From positions 132,928,001-132,992,000 of the forward strand of contig OZ024741.1 in assembly GCA_964016885.1 (NCBI GenBank): DNA of 64,000 bases, read 5' to 3'. The notes under the pieces are model-generated. The model made no database searches. It saw nothing but the letters and a program-made list of their open reading frames with translations, and had not been told where the DNA came from. The stretch is from Eledone cirrhosa. Its lineage: Eukaryota. Each line of letters begins with the position of its first letter. The first letter of the stretch is position 1. Below are positions 12,831 through 26,524 of this stretch, piece after piece. The position numbers and the translations under genes are program-made.

Positions 12831-15394
12831 GTTTTCTTTTTTTTTGGGGGGGGGGGGGGGGTGACTATTTATATGCCCATCGGAATATAAGGCAACCCTC
12901 ATGTTACCATTTTTTTTTTTTTTGTAACATCGATATAAGGTAAACCCCATTTTACCATCAATTTTTTTTTTTGTCACATATTTCTCATCTTATATACAAG
13001 TATATATTCTTATATACGAGTATATATGATATATTTAATCCTTTTCTTACTGTATTTTTAATGAAATACACTACCTAAGATGTTTTTATAATTTTGAAAA
13101 TAATTAAGATGGTGAGTGGGGGGGGGGGGGGGTAGTAATATAGCTAACTTTCTCAGTTTTAAGGTAGTATTTGGAACATAAAAGTTCTTGCAGAAGGTTT
13201 TTAGATAAATATAAATACTTTAAGATAACAGTTTTGTATCATGGAACCAGAGGCTGTTTCAGGCAATTTGGTACCAAATGAGTTAAAGAAGGAGAAAAAT
13301 CAGGCATTATTCTAGAAGAGATGGTATTGGAAGGAAAAATGTACATGTTTAAAATATTATGAATGGACTGAAATATACTAGTGGAAATGTAAAACTATTA
13401 GGTACCATCAGTATGATTCTAGACTAACAGCTGAAAAGTAAAGTAGCATTTATTTCTAGCAGTTGCCATATTCAGCAGTCAAAAATGTAAAGCATGGACA
13501 TTAAAGATCAGCTTCAGTGGCTTTTAGTTATCTGTCTGCTATCATATATCACAGAACACACACAACACAAAAAATTACCTACATATATCTTAAACTACTA
13601 AAGCCATTACTTGCAATAGAGATGTACAGTGCTTCTTTCACTAAGGGATTTAGGTGTCCTTGCAGTCATGAGCAGACGCAGACATTTTCCCCCATTGCCA
13701 ACCCCACCTTGATCCAGCAAAACATCCAGGATGTGACAGCTGGAGAGAGAGGGGGGAAAGCTGCACCAGCACTGGGATGGTATTTTCTTTATCTTAACCT
13801 TTAATCCTCGACCACATATCCACACACACCTACATGCATGCATAGATACAGTAATGGGAGAACTACATACACCAGATGTGTATTCATCAGTTAAAATACT
13901 AACATGTTGGGGGTAGGTATAAATCCCAACAAAAAAGCCTTGTCAATTTGTTAGTGATGAGTTTGAATTCTGGTATGAAGAACTTAAACAAATCCCAAAG
14001 AAGAACCAACATACCTACATACAAGAGAGAGAGAGAGAGTGTGTGTGTGTGCATGCATGCACCTGTGTATGAGCATGTACCTGTGTGACCATATGTCTAA
14101 TGAAATACACTTAATTAATGAAGAATTTGGGAGGATTTACTAAAATTATTAATTATTTAATTATCAAGATTATCAACAAAGTCCTTACATCAAAATATGT
14201 TGGAAGGTTTTCATTTAAATAGGAATTCTATAAAATGGGTGGGTTTGTTTTCTAAAACCATAGGTAGTTTGGGACAGGTTGATTTCAAAAGGGTTAATAG
14301 CTTATCATGAAAACTATTTTTATTCATATGTCTTCAAGTATTATTGATGTTCATTATAGACAGCTTGAGCTAAGCTGATGTAAATGTAAGTTTATAAAAT
14401 ATGCATGATATGTTTATAAGAAATGACTTCTTTTAATTTCCTTTTTTTTTTTATGTTCCCTATAATAGCGTGTGCTTTTTTTTTTTTTATAAACAGCTTT
14501 GTAAAATAAAATAACTTAAAAACACATAAAAAAAGCCATCAACTAAAAATGTTTTCACATGCCTTAGGAAAATATAAATACTTAAAACAAAATGCTGTGA
14601 ATATTCAGGATAAAAAAAAATACAATATTCTCAAAGTTGTTGTAATATTGGTCAGGGAAAGATTTCTTATAATTACAAAAATGTCAAAGCTATCCAATAT
14701 AATTTGTCTAAAAAAAGAAAAGGGCCCTTCACTTAGCATGTCACTGGCATTTTTAAGCTTAGCAGAACCCATCCTTCATCATGTTGGAATAGAGAGGGAA
14801 AGTGATAAGGAGAGACAGGAAAAATTGACTACCACTAGTACACAGGCCCTTAATTTATCAACCTCGAAAGGATGAAAGACAAAATTAACTACAGTGGGAT
14901 TTGAACTCAGAGTATAGAGAGCCATAACAAATACTGTGGCATTTTTTAATTCACCGCCCTAACAAATCTGCCAATTCCCCACCTCTATGTTTGTGTACCT
15001 TGTCAATAACGTTAATAAGTAATAAATATTTTGAAACCAACAAAACTACAGCCCACCCCTCACTATCATTAGCCATGAGTCAAGGAAGTCTATGAAATTA
15101 TTTGACCTGCTAGAAATAGCAGCCAGATCAACCCCAAACTTACTCCATATCAGTGATTGACCCCTACTTGTGTAGTTATAAATCTAATTTTGTGCAGTAA
15201 GTTTACATTTTGTTTCAGATACTACATGTACTTACATGGTAAATGATGGTTAAACAACTTGAAACACTCCTAATCTGTTGAAAATAGTGATCATATTAGT
15301 CAGCACTGACCATGTGAAGTGTGTGGACAATTTAACAAAACAAGTGATCCTGTATTTGTAGGGTATTCACTATTAGCCAACATTGAATACTTGC

Positions 15395-15665
15395 ACGTGG
15401 CTTAGTGGTTAGAGAGTGAAGGTGCCTGGTTTAATGGTTAAAGAGTTCTGATTCACAATTGTGAGGTGTTGAATTGGATTCCCAGGCCGGGCAATACATT
15501 ATGTCCTTGAGCAAGACACTTTATTTCACATTACTCCTCCTGCCAGGAGTTGCAACTGTTAGATAGTATCAGCAATGGAAAAATCAATGGAAACATTGTT
15601 TCCTTGGTCTGATTTGACGAGTTTCACCCTATTTAGTGAGTAAATGAGGTGTGGGATCTTGTCAC
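15395..15665 (+). mobile_element. tRNA-derived SINE (CORE/V-like GTCCTTGAGCAAGACACTT)
   Basis: tRNA-like head plus GTCCTTGAGCAAGACACTTTATTTCAC; reverse copy at ~23620-23845. Confidence 0.65.
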
Positions 15666-16777
15666 TTAGGATTTTTTTTTTTTTATATATTTGCAAAGAG
15701 TACAAAAGAGCTTCTGAAAACCTACACCGATAAATCTGTAAACATTACAAATTCCTTGTTTCCAAAATATGGTATAATCATAGCCTAGAGAAAATATATG
15801 ACTACGAATGGTTGAGAGGACTCTTCGGATGTGTGAAGAAAACAACAAACTCTCGATAAAATGCACCCATTACACTCTGCAAAATGATTGGTAATAAGAA
15901 GGGCATTCAGCTAAAGATAACTTACCAAACAAAGAGCTGAGAGGACTCTTCAGTTTTTTTTCAAAGACATGACAACATCGCTAATGCTGGTGCGACATTA
16001 AAATGTACCCTGTGAACTCTGTAAAGTGGTTGGTAATAAGAAGGGTATTGAGCTATAGAAAACTCGCCACGCAAGGAGCTGAGATGACTCTTGTGTTAAA
16101 GACATAACAACATCGCCAGTGTTGGTGCTACATTAAAATGCACCCTGTGCACTCTGTAGAGTGCAGATACACACGTGCAAGATGAAGGGAAATACTAAAT
16201 ATGTGGAGCATGAAAACCAGTAAGAATGCTTATGAAACATGAAACAGTTTTGGTGTGTAAGATTTACAAAAATAACACAACACACACATAAATATGTGTT
16301 TATCAATGTTGGCTGAGTTTGAAAAGAAAGGTGGAATCATAACAGGTAGACTTTTAGCACATTCAGTTGGAACTGGAAAAACTGAAAACAACATTCCGCA
16401 AAGGTCAACCAAAAGAAAGAAATAAAAAAATTGCAATGGCATAGCAACATTTTCTTGTTTTTTGCTCCCCCCACAACCACTCTTCTTTCCACCTGTATTT
16501 ATACCACCACCCCACCCCTGGAAAAAAGAAAAATGAATAAAATGGAATATCAAATAAAAATAAAAGTGATGACATTTCACACCAGCCACAAACACTTGGA
16601 ATTGACCTAGTTTATAGTTCAATGCTTCCAACATTACTTTAGAGACAGGTAAAATATGTGTGGTGGGGAGGAAGAGATCTAACAACTGGAATAAAAGAAC
16701 ACTGTATAGAACAATGCTTTTTATAGTCCACTATATCATTGAAAATAGTTAGAGTTTAGTACAAAACATTGACTTAA

Positions 16778-17201
16778 CTCTTAAACATCCTGTACTACAT
16801 GAAACTGCATTAGCAAGACATTCTTGGAAAGTACAAAACAGCACTATCGCTGCATTGCATTGAAAATTAATGACTTTAACCCTTCAGCATTAAAACCAAT
16901 CATATCCGGCCAGAATTCTCTCACCTCTTTCTGTTCAAAACAGCCATAACTGGCCACTTATACATATTTTAATATTTTGTTCTCAAAATATATATCAAAA
17001 TCTCATAGATTCAATATTATGTGAGATAAAGTGCTAACCAGGAAAATACAATAGTAAATATAGAGTAATGTAAATGCTAAAGGGTTAATCTAATGCAGCA
17101 AACTTTTACAAATATACCACTAGCAAATATACCATAGACATTTAAATTAACAAATCTGTTATTTAGATATTTTCTGCTAAATTATTACAGGATGTTAAGA
17201 G
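16778..17201. mobile_element. TTAA-flanked MITE (CTCTTAACATCCTGTA ends) containing a nested MITE
   Basis: TTAA at 16774-16777 and 17202-17205 with inverted ends; family recurs at ~19350, ~19585, ~26935, ~27030, ~33955 and 62258. Confidence 0.7.
16880..17084. mobile_element. piggyBac-like MITE with CCCTTTAGCATT TIRs
   Basis: TTAA|CCCTTCAGCATT ... AATGCTAAAGGG|TTAA. Confidence 0.8.
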
Positions 17202-17524
17202 TTAACATGCAAGTAGCTCAGCATTTTACAGACACATATACCCTTAAACTCATTCTCAGGGAGATTCAGTGTGACAGGCTGGCTCTTTGAATTACAGGTA
17301 GAGTCCATCTGATGAGCTTCCAAACAGTTTCTGTCTGCCCAGTTTCACTCACTAAATGACACTTGCCAAAGATGACTTGCAGCAAGATCAAACCCAGGAC
17401 CCATTGATTACAAAATGCTGCATCTAAAACTAAATACTAGATTGTTCTTATTGTCCTTGTTATAGTTCACACTAATGCAGCATTAGCCAGTCTCCTATGA
17501 GGTTGTATTTCAGAGGAGGTTTCT

Positions 17525-17722
17525 TCAGTATTTTAATGATAGGGGCCCCAAGGTACTTTAATGATAGGTTCCCCAGAGTATTTTCATGTTAGGGACCCTA
17601 AGGTATTTTAATGATAGGCACCCTAGGGTAATTAATGATAGGGGCCTAAGGTATTTTAAAGATAGGGGACCCAAGATATTTTAATGATAGGAAACCCAGG
17701 GTATTTTAATGATAGGGATCCC
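17525..17722. repeat. ~25-bp minisatellite, about 8 copies
   Basis: Unit GGTATTTTAATGATAGGGACCCCAA. Confidence 0.85.
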
Positions 17723-18049
17723 AGTCCTATTATTTCATTATATTTCCAGTGTCAATAAGCTGGATTTGAAAATAAAAAGGTATATAGCAAGAGAAGATAT
17801 TACAAGGCATCTAGCTCCAATGTTCCAACAATTCCACCAATATGCTGGTTAAATAAAGTACCTTCCACCTAGAATGTACTTTATTTATCCATCTCAAATG
17901 GATTAATAGCAAAGATGACCTCAGTAAGATATTTTGTTACTAATGGTAGGTTAAAGTATCTGACACTTTTTCTTTGCAATAACTTTGTTATAATCTAGTA
18001 CAAAATAGTTTGTTTTTTTGTTTTTTTTGTTTTTAACACGATTGGGTGA

Positions 18050-18375
18050 TTTAAAAAGCATTAGGAAATTTGAAATCATAGTTGCCACAATGTAGATAAT
18101 TATAATAATAGTTGATAACTATAAATAGCTGAATAAAATTGGATAAAATACACCTGGAAATCAGAAAAAGCGGACAGATATGCTTGCGGGAAAGCGAACT
18201 ACACATCTCTGGTATGGTTAAACGTGCTAGCTTGGCATACAAGAAACATGTTTCTATTCCCTGGAGGTGTGTCTGTCCACTTTTTCTTTTAATCTCCTAC
18301 GGTATTTTACCAAACTTATTCATCTATTACTTACAGTTATCTGTGTTACGGCAACTATTTCTTCAATTTTTTCTT
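18050..18375. repeat. Old imperfect palindromic element (MITE-like)
   Basis: ATAGTTGCCACAATGTAGATAAT pairs imperfectly with GTTATCTGTGTTACGGCAACTAT; AAAAAGCGGACAGATA pairs with TGTCTGTCCACTTTTT. Confidence 0.55.
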
Positions 18376-20454
18376 ACTTTACAAACAGAGCTTCCATTAT
18401 AGTAAAATGAAGATTTCCAGAGGAATAAAAATTTATAGTAAGAAATGAGATGTAAGAAAAATTCAAAGACATGACAGTCTTAGCAATAAAATAATATTCC
18501 TCACACATATACATATACTCACAAACAAAATTTGAAGGAAAGATTGCAATTATATACATTTATTGAGAGTAAATCCATACATCTGCTGAACACAAAAATG
18601 TGTCAACAATTGTGATTGCATGTGTACATACATGTGTGTATCAGTGCATGTATGTACATGTGCATGTGTGTATGTATATGTGTATCTGTGTGTATGCATA
18701 GAGAGTGAAAGAGAGATGGAGAAGGAGAGAAAGACTTCTATTTATGTTGTAGGACAAAAACATTACTGCATTATGTTGGGTGTGTTAACTGTTAATTTAC
18801 GAGATATCTCACATAAATTAACACATACACACATGCATTCACACACAAGAGAGAAAGAGTGGGTGAGTATATTTATAAAAGCAGTAAAGACACAGATGGT
18901 TCTTTCAACATATTTTTGGAACACATTTTGACAACAGCTGATTGCAGATCAGAACCACGACTGCACTGCAATCATGACACAGTTGTTACAGTAAAAGTTC
19001 ATACATCTAGATATATAACATTTTATTGGAACAGCGCTGGCAAGAGAGATTCTGAATAAATCAACAAACACAGTTTTGACTCCTGTCTCATATCACCATT
19101 ATCATAATCATCACCAACATTTTTACGTCTGTTTGTCCATGCTTGCATGGGTTGGACAGATCTTTTTCAGCATCCTTCTCCAGGGTGAACAACCATGAAG
19201 CAATACCTTCTTTAGTGTTTAGCCCACTAAAATGATACCAGTTATAAGAGGGACAAGCTGATTTGAAAAGGTAACTCAGCATTTCAAAGAGATGTTATGA
19301 GAATGAAGCCATTTCAGTTGAATTCAATTACTACTGGTTGATACACATTTTGAACTCTTAACATCTTGTAATCATTTAGTAGAAAAGGTCTAAATATTGG
19401 TTTATTTATCCAAATGTTCATAGTATCTTTACTAGTAAATAGATTACTGTGAACATTGTTAACATAGTACTGGATAGATTGTTGTGAACATGCTTAATAT
19501 TAGAGCAAGACTTGATTTTTTTTAATGTTATGTAATCAATTATGCTAAAAATAATGTTGCATGTGCATGGCTGTTAATTGTCTCTTAACATCCTGTAATG
19601 ATTTAGCAGAAAATATCTAACAATGGGTTAGTTAATTTAAATGTTTATATTATCTTTAATAGTGGACAGATTGTGGTGAGAATTTGTGATGAAGTACAAG
19701 ATGTTAAGAGTTTATTGTAGTAGCATGACTACATATGTAACGTAGATATAATTGGTTTATCAACCCACAAGTATAATTGTCATAAAGCCTACCATAACAA
19801 TACAGCCAAATCCCCGTTGCTGGTAGACGATATAATAATAACAACAATAACATGATTCTTAAGTGACACAACAACCAACCAAAAAGGATTCTTGCTTGAA
19901 TTCCCTATCAGGAAAATAATTAGCCTAAGTAGATGTGTATTAAAACTTAAACACACACATAAACAAATATATATGTGTTTGCATGTATTAATTAGGTTAA
20001 TGAATTCAATTTCTTTATAGTAAGTTTTCAGTCAGTATGTGATTTGCAAATGTATAAACATTTATTTTATCCTCCTGTATTTTTAGATGAGAAACAAAAA
20101 ACCCAAAAAAAACCTTAAGACATGTGTCACTGATATTGTTAGTCATAGGAGACAGAAATTCCACAGATGAAAATAAACAAGTCTTTAGCTTATGACTAAA
20201 TAATTGAAAGATAACAATACATTCAATTCTGTTTACATCATCCAAATCATATATCTTCACTCACAGTGAATGAACACAACAAAAAAATGTAGCTTCAAGG
20301 AGGAAAAAGAAAGAGAGAAGAAAATTAGAGAGGGAGAAAGCGAGAAAAGAATTTGAGAAGGAAAAAGAGGAGGAAAGATTTATATTTCTATATCAAGAAA
20401 AAATTGTTATGCAAACATTTTTATGATGCAATTTGTGAACTTTGGTATTCGCAA

Positions 20455-20700
20455 CAATAATAATAATAATGATCTCTACTATAGGCGCAAGACCAGCAAT
20501 TTGAGCGAGGAGGAGAAAGTCGATTAAATTGACCCCAGTGCACTATTGGTGCTTTATTTTATCGACCCCATAAGGATAAAAGGCAAAGCTAACTGTGGCA
20601 GGATTTGAACTCAGAACATAAAGGGTCATAACTCTATGCTGCAAAGCATGGTGTCCGATGCTCTACCATACTGCAAATCCACCACCCTTAATAATAATAA
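20455..20700 (-). mobile_element. SINE (Meta/MESC-like core) in a (TAA)n run
   Basis: TTTATCGACCCC..GGAT.AAAGGCAAAG..GGATTTGAACTCAG flanked by TAA repeats. Confidence 0.7.
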
Positions 20701-21688
20701 TAACAAATTTTTAAATATCTAACATAGCAATATAGTAGTTTATTTGTGAAATCAGAGACAGTCAATTGGAATTGGCAAGGTAAAGAAAGGAATGAACTAA
20801 TTATTTGAGAATGGGTGGCCCAAGAGACTGGACTAGTCACAACTCTGAGACACTTCTATGGATGATGAAAAATAGATACCAGTGGAGATGGCTAGCTATA
20901 AAAGTGTCTAGAGTAGCACCCCAACGACTGGCTGCGGCAGTTGCAAGAACACAATTGATGATTGATTGGCACAAGAAATGATAAAAGATACTGCAAAATG
21001 GTTTGGGGCACAGTTTGACCAATCTGACACTTTAATCACTGATACTTTTTTTAGGTATACTAATTTAACAACAGACATGATGACAGAGTTGGCTTTCACC
21101 CAAACCCTGCTCTTTCTCAACATGTCAGATTTGGTTCTACCGGAATCAATTACGTGCAACAAGAACCTGAGAGAATGAAAGCTGGTGATACATATATAGA
21201 TTGTTACACTACAAGTTTAAGGCAGTTGATTTGGCAGAGTTACAGTGCTGGTGGCTATTTGTTTCAGGTCTCTGCATTCTCTGCTCAAATCCCACTTTAC
21301 TTTTCATTCTTTTGGGGTAGATAAAGAAAGTACCAGCCCAGCACTGTCTCTCTTCCAGCTGTTGCATCCCAGATGTGATGCTGGGTTATGGAAGGAAGGG
21401 TCAAGAAGGTGCTCATGTCTGCTCACAATTACATGGACACTTAAAACCCTTAGCACAAGCATGGTGCATATTACCAGGTTATATTTGATTGTAAGTTATG
21501 GCTATAATTTTTAGACACAAGAAGTTTATATAGGTGGAGGTATAGCTGATTAAAAACTTTGTAGCTATATGATTCCAAGTTCGACCCACTTCACACTATT
21601 ACTATAGTTTCAGGTTGAACAATAACTTTCAGTGGAATTTAGTATGTGGAAACTGTGCAGAAGCCTGTCAAAGATAAAGATACACACA

Positions 21689-22244
21689 CGAAGTACACTC
21701 AAGAAGTTTTGAGGCCTTTTTCTTTTGAGGCACTGTTAATAGACCTATGTAACTGTCACTCTAATACATCCATGATATGGTTATAATAAGCTAACATGCC
21801 AAATTCTTTTTTCTTTTTCCAGGTTGTAGGTTCGAGCCACTACAACACTTTGAAACACTACTCGTCATACACGTCTTGTCACAACTGACTGGTTCCACAA
21901 TGCAGTTAGGACATGAGGACAACTTGGAGGCTCGATATGCAATAATGTTTTATGTCAATCTTGCCAAAAATGCTGCAGAAACTTGAATACAGACTAACTT
22001 TCATGAGCGAGACAACTGTTTTCTGCTGGCACAAGAAGTTCCAGAAGGGTAGGGAGCAGGTGAGGGATGAAGAAAGGTGTGGCAGGGAGAGGGACATCAG
22101 GACGTCAAAGATGGTCGACAAAATTCACAAATTTCTGTACGAGGACTGTCATGCATCTGTTGACAATTGCTAAACAATTTGAAGTGGCTGAGGGCACTGT
22201 GCACAGTCATTCAAAGTCTCAAAATCTCTTGAGAGTGTACCTCA
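21689..22244 (+). mobile_element. Internally deleted mariner element
   Basis: Imperfect TIRs CGAAGTACACTCAAGAAGTTTTGAG and CTCAAAATCTCTTGAGAGTGTACCTCA|TA; ORF MSETTVFCWHKKFQKGREQVRDEERCGR matches the mariner HTH/GRP linker. Confidence 0.8.
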
Positions 22245-22722
22245 TACATACACACAAACACATGTCTTTGTTATTATGTCTCACACTTGTATAGGTTCTC
22301 GTTTTTTATGAGGTTTTTGAGGCAATATGGAAAAATGTCAGACAAAACGTTGAAAAAAATCTCATGGCAGGGTTTTTGAGTGTTTTAATAAAAAGTCTTA
22401 ATAGTCTTATATAATAGCCCTATACTTTGGGTCTCAATCATCCACCCCCCACCCCCACCTCATCCCCTGTTATTTGGGACCCGAGAGTATGTATATTTGT
22501 GTGTGTGAATCTTTCATCAATGTATATCAGTGAAGAATGTAAACATGGGCAATAAATGGGAGGGCAGTATTTTTGAAATGACAGACCCTTGTGATATCTT
22601 GTTCTGCATTGAAATATAAACACTCCCTTGTTCACCCTCCATGTTGCAAATTCTGTGAACCAGTGATTGGCTCATTGTAACCAAATGCAATTTAAATTAG
22701 ATAACAGATAAATAAATATAAA

Positions 22723-22815
22723 CCTTACCTATCTTTTTCAAAATTAACATCCAAGAACAGTTTTTAAATGTTTCCATATTAAAATGACTTACCTGGAAAG
22801 TAAAAAGAAAATATA
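22723..22815 (-). promoter_or_regulatory. Candidate recursive splice site (YnCAG|GTAAGT) with 64-nt RS-exon 22729-22792
   Basis: Minus strand TATATTTTCTTTTTACTTTCCAG|GTAAGT, then a second donor GATAG|GTAAGG 64 nt downstream, in sequence with no recognisable repeat. Confidence 0.5.
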
Positions 22816-23029
22816 ACATATTTAAAAGGTGAATTTTAAAATCTTGATAGCAAGATGTTTTTCAATCTTTTTGGGAATATATTGAAAAACTTTCAGACAA
22901 AACATTAAAACGAAATAATAAATTTTTTAAAATTAAAAAGATCAATGACACTAGAAAAATTAAATATACTTATGATTCAGTTTTTGAACATGAACAGTGT
23001 TTAATTGAAAATAAATTTCAAGAAATAAT

Positions 23030-23160
23030 TATTTCTACTTTTAGCACAAAGCCAGCAATTATCCCAGTGCATACTGGTACTTTATTTTATCGACCCCCGT
23101 AAGGATGAAAGGCAAAGTTAACCTCGGCAGGATTTGAACTTAGACCATAAAGGGCCGTAA
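23030..23160 (-). mobile_element. 5'-truncated SINE (same family as 38751, 56541, 56781)
   Basis: TTTCTACTTTTAGCACAAAGCCAGCAATT...GGATTTGAACTTAG. Confidence 0.75.
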
Positions 23161-23619
23161 AAAATTCCAAATCTAATCAAACCAATTAAATTTCATTAAT
23201 TCATCAATAACATTTAACACCCAATTAATACAAAGCTAATTTTAGATTCCTCTTTAACAGCAAAGAGAGCATAAAATGAACTATATTATACTCTTTTGTC
23301 TCTAGTTACCAATCCTGTAAAAGCTTATTATGAAAGGGTTTAAGAAACTGAAAAAGAAGAAGAAATAAGGAATCAATCGATAAGATCCCAGATCTCATTT
23401 GATTACCTAGTGGGGTGGGGCTTGTCAAATCATACCAAAGAAACAATATTTCTCTATTACTCACTTGGCAATCCCTGGCACTAGAGATTGCGGCAGACCA
23501 AGGAAGGTGTGGTTAGAGTGCGTGAAGAGTGATTTGTATAAATAGAACTTGGCCGATGTTGATACTATGGACAGAAATTCATAGAAAGCTGCTGTGAGAT
23601 ATTGCCTGGTGTTGCCTAC

Positions 23620-23845
23620 CTCAGAGTCCAAGACAACTGCAGCACCCTAAAGACCAAAACTGGATATGGATGGATGGATAGTCATTCCATGGCTGATACT
23701 GTCTACTGATCACAACTCCTGGCAGAAGAGCAATGTAAAATAAAGTGTCTTGCTCAAGGAAATTACACATCACCCAGTCTGGGAATCGAACTCGCAACCT
23801 CACGGTTATGAATTCAATTTTCTAACCATTAAACCAAGTGCTTTT
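23620..23845 (-). mobile_element. tRNA-derived SINE
   Basis: Minus TGGTTTAATGGTTAG (A box), GAGTTCGATTCCC (B box), CCTTGAGCAAGACACTT core. Confidence 0.72.
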
Positions 23846-24070
23846 GGTGAAGGCACATGAAAGAAACTCAAGTACCTATATAATTCATCAAAAATATATA
23901 AATCTCTACTTAATCATTAATTGCACCTTCTCAAACATTAAATTTTTTTCCTACAACTACTCTTTTGCTAACAATGCATGCATTATAAAACTTAACTATG
24001 TTAAGCCTATCATGGTATCAGAATTTCTTTATAAACATTTTCCATTATATTAATTAATAGTAATCATAGT

Positions 24071-24560
24071 TCTTCTTCACCCACTTATTTCTGAGAGGGT
24101 CGTGGAGACAGAGTCCTTAAACACTCCCTCCAGCGGATCTTGTCAGAAGCAGCCATTTCCAATTGATCTGGCTGGATCCCCAAGCGAGACCAGCTGAGCT
24201 CATGGATGTAATCCAACCATCTTGCTTGGCGTCTACTCCTGGGTCTCCAGCTAGTTGGTTTTGTCTGTAAAATGTGTGATCTCTCAATTTGGAGAAGTAG
24301 CAGTTCTACTTGAAGCAGGTGGAAAAGTTCAAGTATCTTGGGGCTGTGTTCACGAGTGATGGAAGGCAGAAGACTGAATTCAGTGCAAAACTTGCAGGAG
24401 CTGGTGCTGTAACGCGCCGACTACAGCATTTAGTAATCAGAAAAATGGAAGTAGGTGTAAAAGCCAAACTTGCTATCTTCAGTTCGGTATTCCAGCTAAC
24501 CCTTACCTACTGTCATGAATTTTGGGTAATGACCAAAAAAATACAATCACAAATACATGT
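24071..24560. mobile_element. Expander-like RTE insertion with 5' inversion
   Basis: 3' end with (GAA)n tail on minus (~24071-24280) joined to plus-strand LKQVEKFKYLGAVFTSDGR..LTYCHEFWVMT (~24290-24560). Confidence 0.75.
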
Positions 24561-24916
24561 CGTCATATTTTCTATTCAAACTATCAATCAACTTAACTCC
24601 TAACTGTATTATATTAGTTATGTAGATACCAGGAAAATATTCCTCTCCAGAAGCTTAGTTGCGAAAAAAAATTCAAATAAATAAACAATTCAAATGTACT
24701 GCGCTAAAACAGTTTGGCTAAAAATAAAAATAAAAATGTATGGAATTAATTCAATAAGCACAATTTGATTACAATTAAATAGAATGATAATAATGGCTCT
24801 TTTGAGATGATACTATTCCTCCTGTTAAAATAACTTGAGTTTTAGATTTTTATTCCTGTAAAAAAAAGTGGCTATTTTAGTTAAAGCAATAAAATATTTA
24901 GCAGAGATATAGGAGA

Positions 24917-25190
24917 TATATGACTATGAACAAAGCAGTGTGTTAAACAGAGGTGAACATCACTGACATTAACATATATGACTATGAACAAAGCAATGAT
25001 GAACAGAGGTGAACATCACTGGCATTAATAGATATGACTATAAACAAAGCAGTGTGTTGAACAGAGATGAACACCGCTAATGTTAACAAATATGACTATG
25101 AACAAAGATGAACACCATTTATGTTAACATATATGACTATGAACAAAGCAGTGTGTTGAACAGAGGTGAACACCACAGACGTTAACAGAA
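24917..25190. repeat. ~57-bp minisatellite, about 5 copies
   Basis: Unit ATATGACTATGAACAAAGCAGTGTGTTGAACAGAGGTGAACA..GTTAAC. Confidence 0.85.
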
Positions 25191-26524
25191 CAGAACAGAA
25201 GTAATGAGAAACCTTGTTTGTTAGAAATAGAAGCAAATGCCTAATGAAGTGCAAATACAATATTGAATTCGCTCAAACAAGTTTTGAAAAGTTATATAAA
25301 CAGAGAAGACATCAAAGGGTGCTGAATGAATAATACATTGTGGAAATTTTACAAAATTCTTTTGGTGTGAAAGTTGTTTAACAATGCCAAATCTAAAAGG
25401 ATTGTGAACTTCAATAAATAGCAATGGCATCCGTAAGATAGATGATGAGAATAATTTTCTGAAAATTATGGATAGTTTATGGGCTCAATAGGCAATATTT
25501 ATGGACTAACTAAACAAACCTTTAAATGCATTATAGAATTAGCTGAGAGACAAAGCAAGAGTAAAAGAAAAACTTTGATAGCAATTCTAGGAAAACATGG
25601 CCTCCTTATAGAAAAGCTAACAAATGGTAACAATTCTTCAGAGAGAAAAAAGGCCATATTTTTTTAACTGTATTAGGCATAAACAGAAGATATATATTTG
25701 CTGAAGGACAACAATAAAATGTGGTTATAATTGAAAATAAAACTCTGCTCCTAAAGCTTCAGTTGAATCCACTAAACCAATTACAGAGTTCAATAGAAGT
25801 TTAGGTTTTGTGAGTAGGATGGATGTTGTATATTTGTACACAGAATCAACCTATGTCAGTTTCAAAGATGTGTATGTATTCCAGCTGTTCAATCAACAAT
25901 ACAGCCTGCTCATTAAATTAACATGTAAGTGATTGACTAGAGGGTGTATAGTCGGTTGGTCCCTCCCCCTTTTCCCTTCTTTTTGTTGTTTAATTTCTTC
26001 TTTTATTTTTATTTATTTTATTCTTCATTTCCTTATTACTTTATATAATTTTTTCTGTAAATAAAAATTATATCACTGCAAAAGAAAAAAAAGGGATTGA
26101 GCATTCCACAAACACATGAATTCATAACATAATTCTCTGGGAGATTCAGCATGTGACAGTGTGTGACAAGGCTGGCCATTTGAATTACAGATACAGTCTA
26201 TCTGATGGATTTTCTATGTCCTTCTACCCAATTTCACTCATAAGGCATGAGTTGACCTGAAGCTATAGTAAATGATATTTGCCCAAGATACTAACAGTGG
26301 CATTTAATCTGGAACCTAATGGTTGCAAAGCAAGCTTCTTAACCATTCAGCCATAATTAGAGGAAAAAATGTTCAAAACAGGATGTTCTAACCAAACACT
26401 ACCAACCACTAAAACTGAAGTAAGCAGTATCATGTTCTCATGTGCTGCTCCAAGTAAAGAACATGACCATGTCAATAACAAAGATTAAATTCATGGATAT
26501 ATAGTTATAAACTAGCACACCACC

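Noticed and set aside
20830-21180. Possible host exon (good minus acceptor near 21167; ORFs on both strands)
   Set aside because: No recognisable protein and no good donor; the upstream part resembles an RTE C-terminal remnant (QWRWLAIKVSRVAPQRL)
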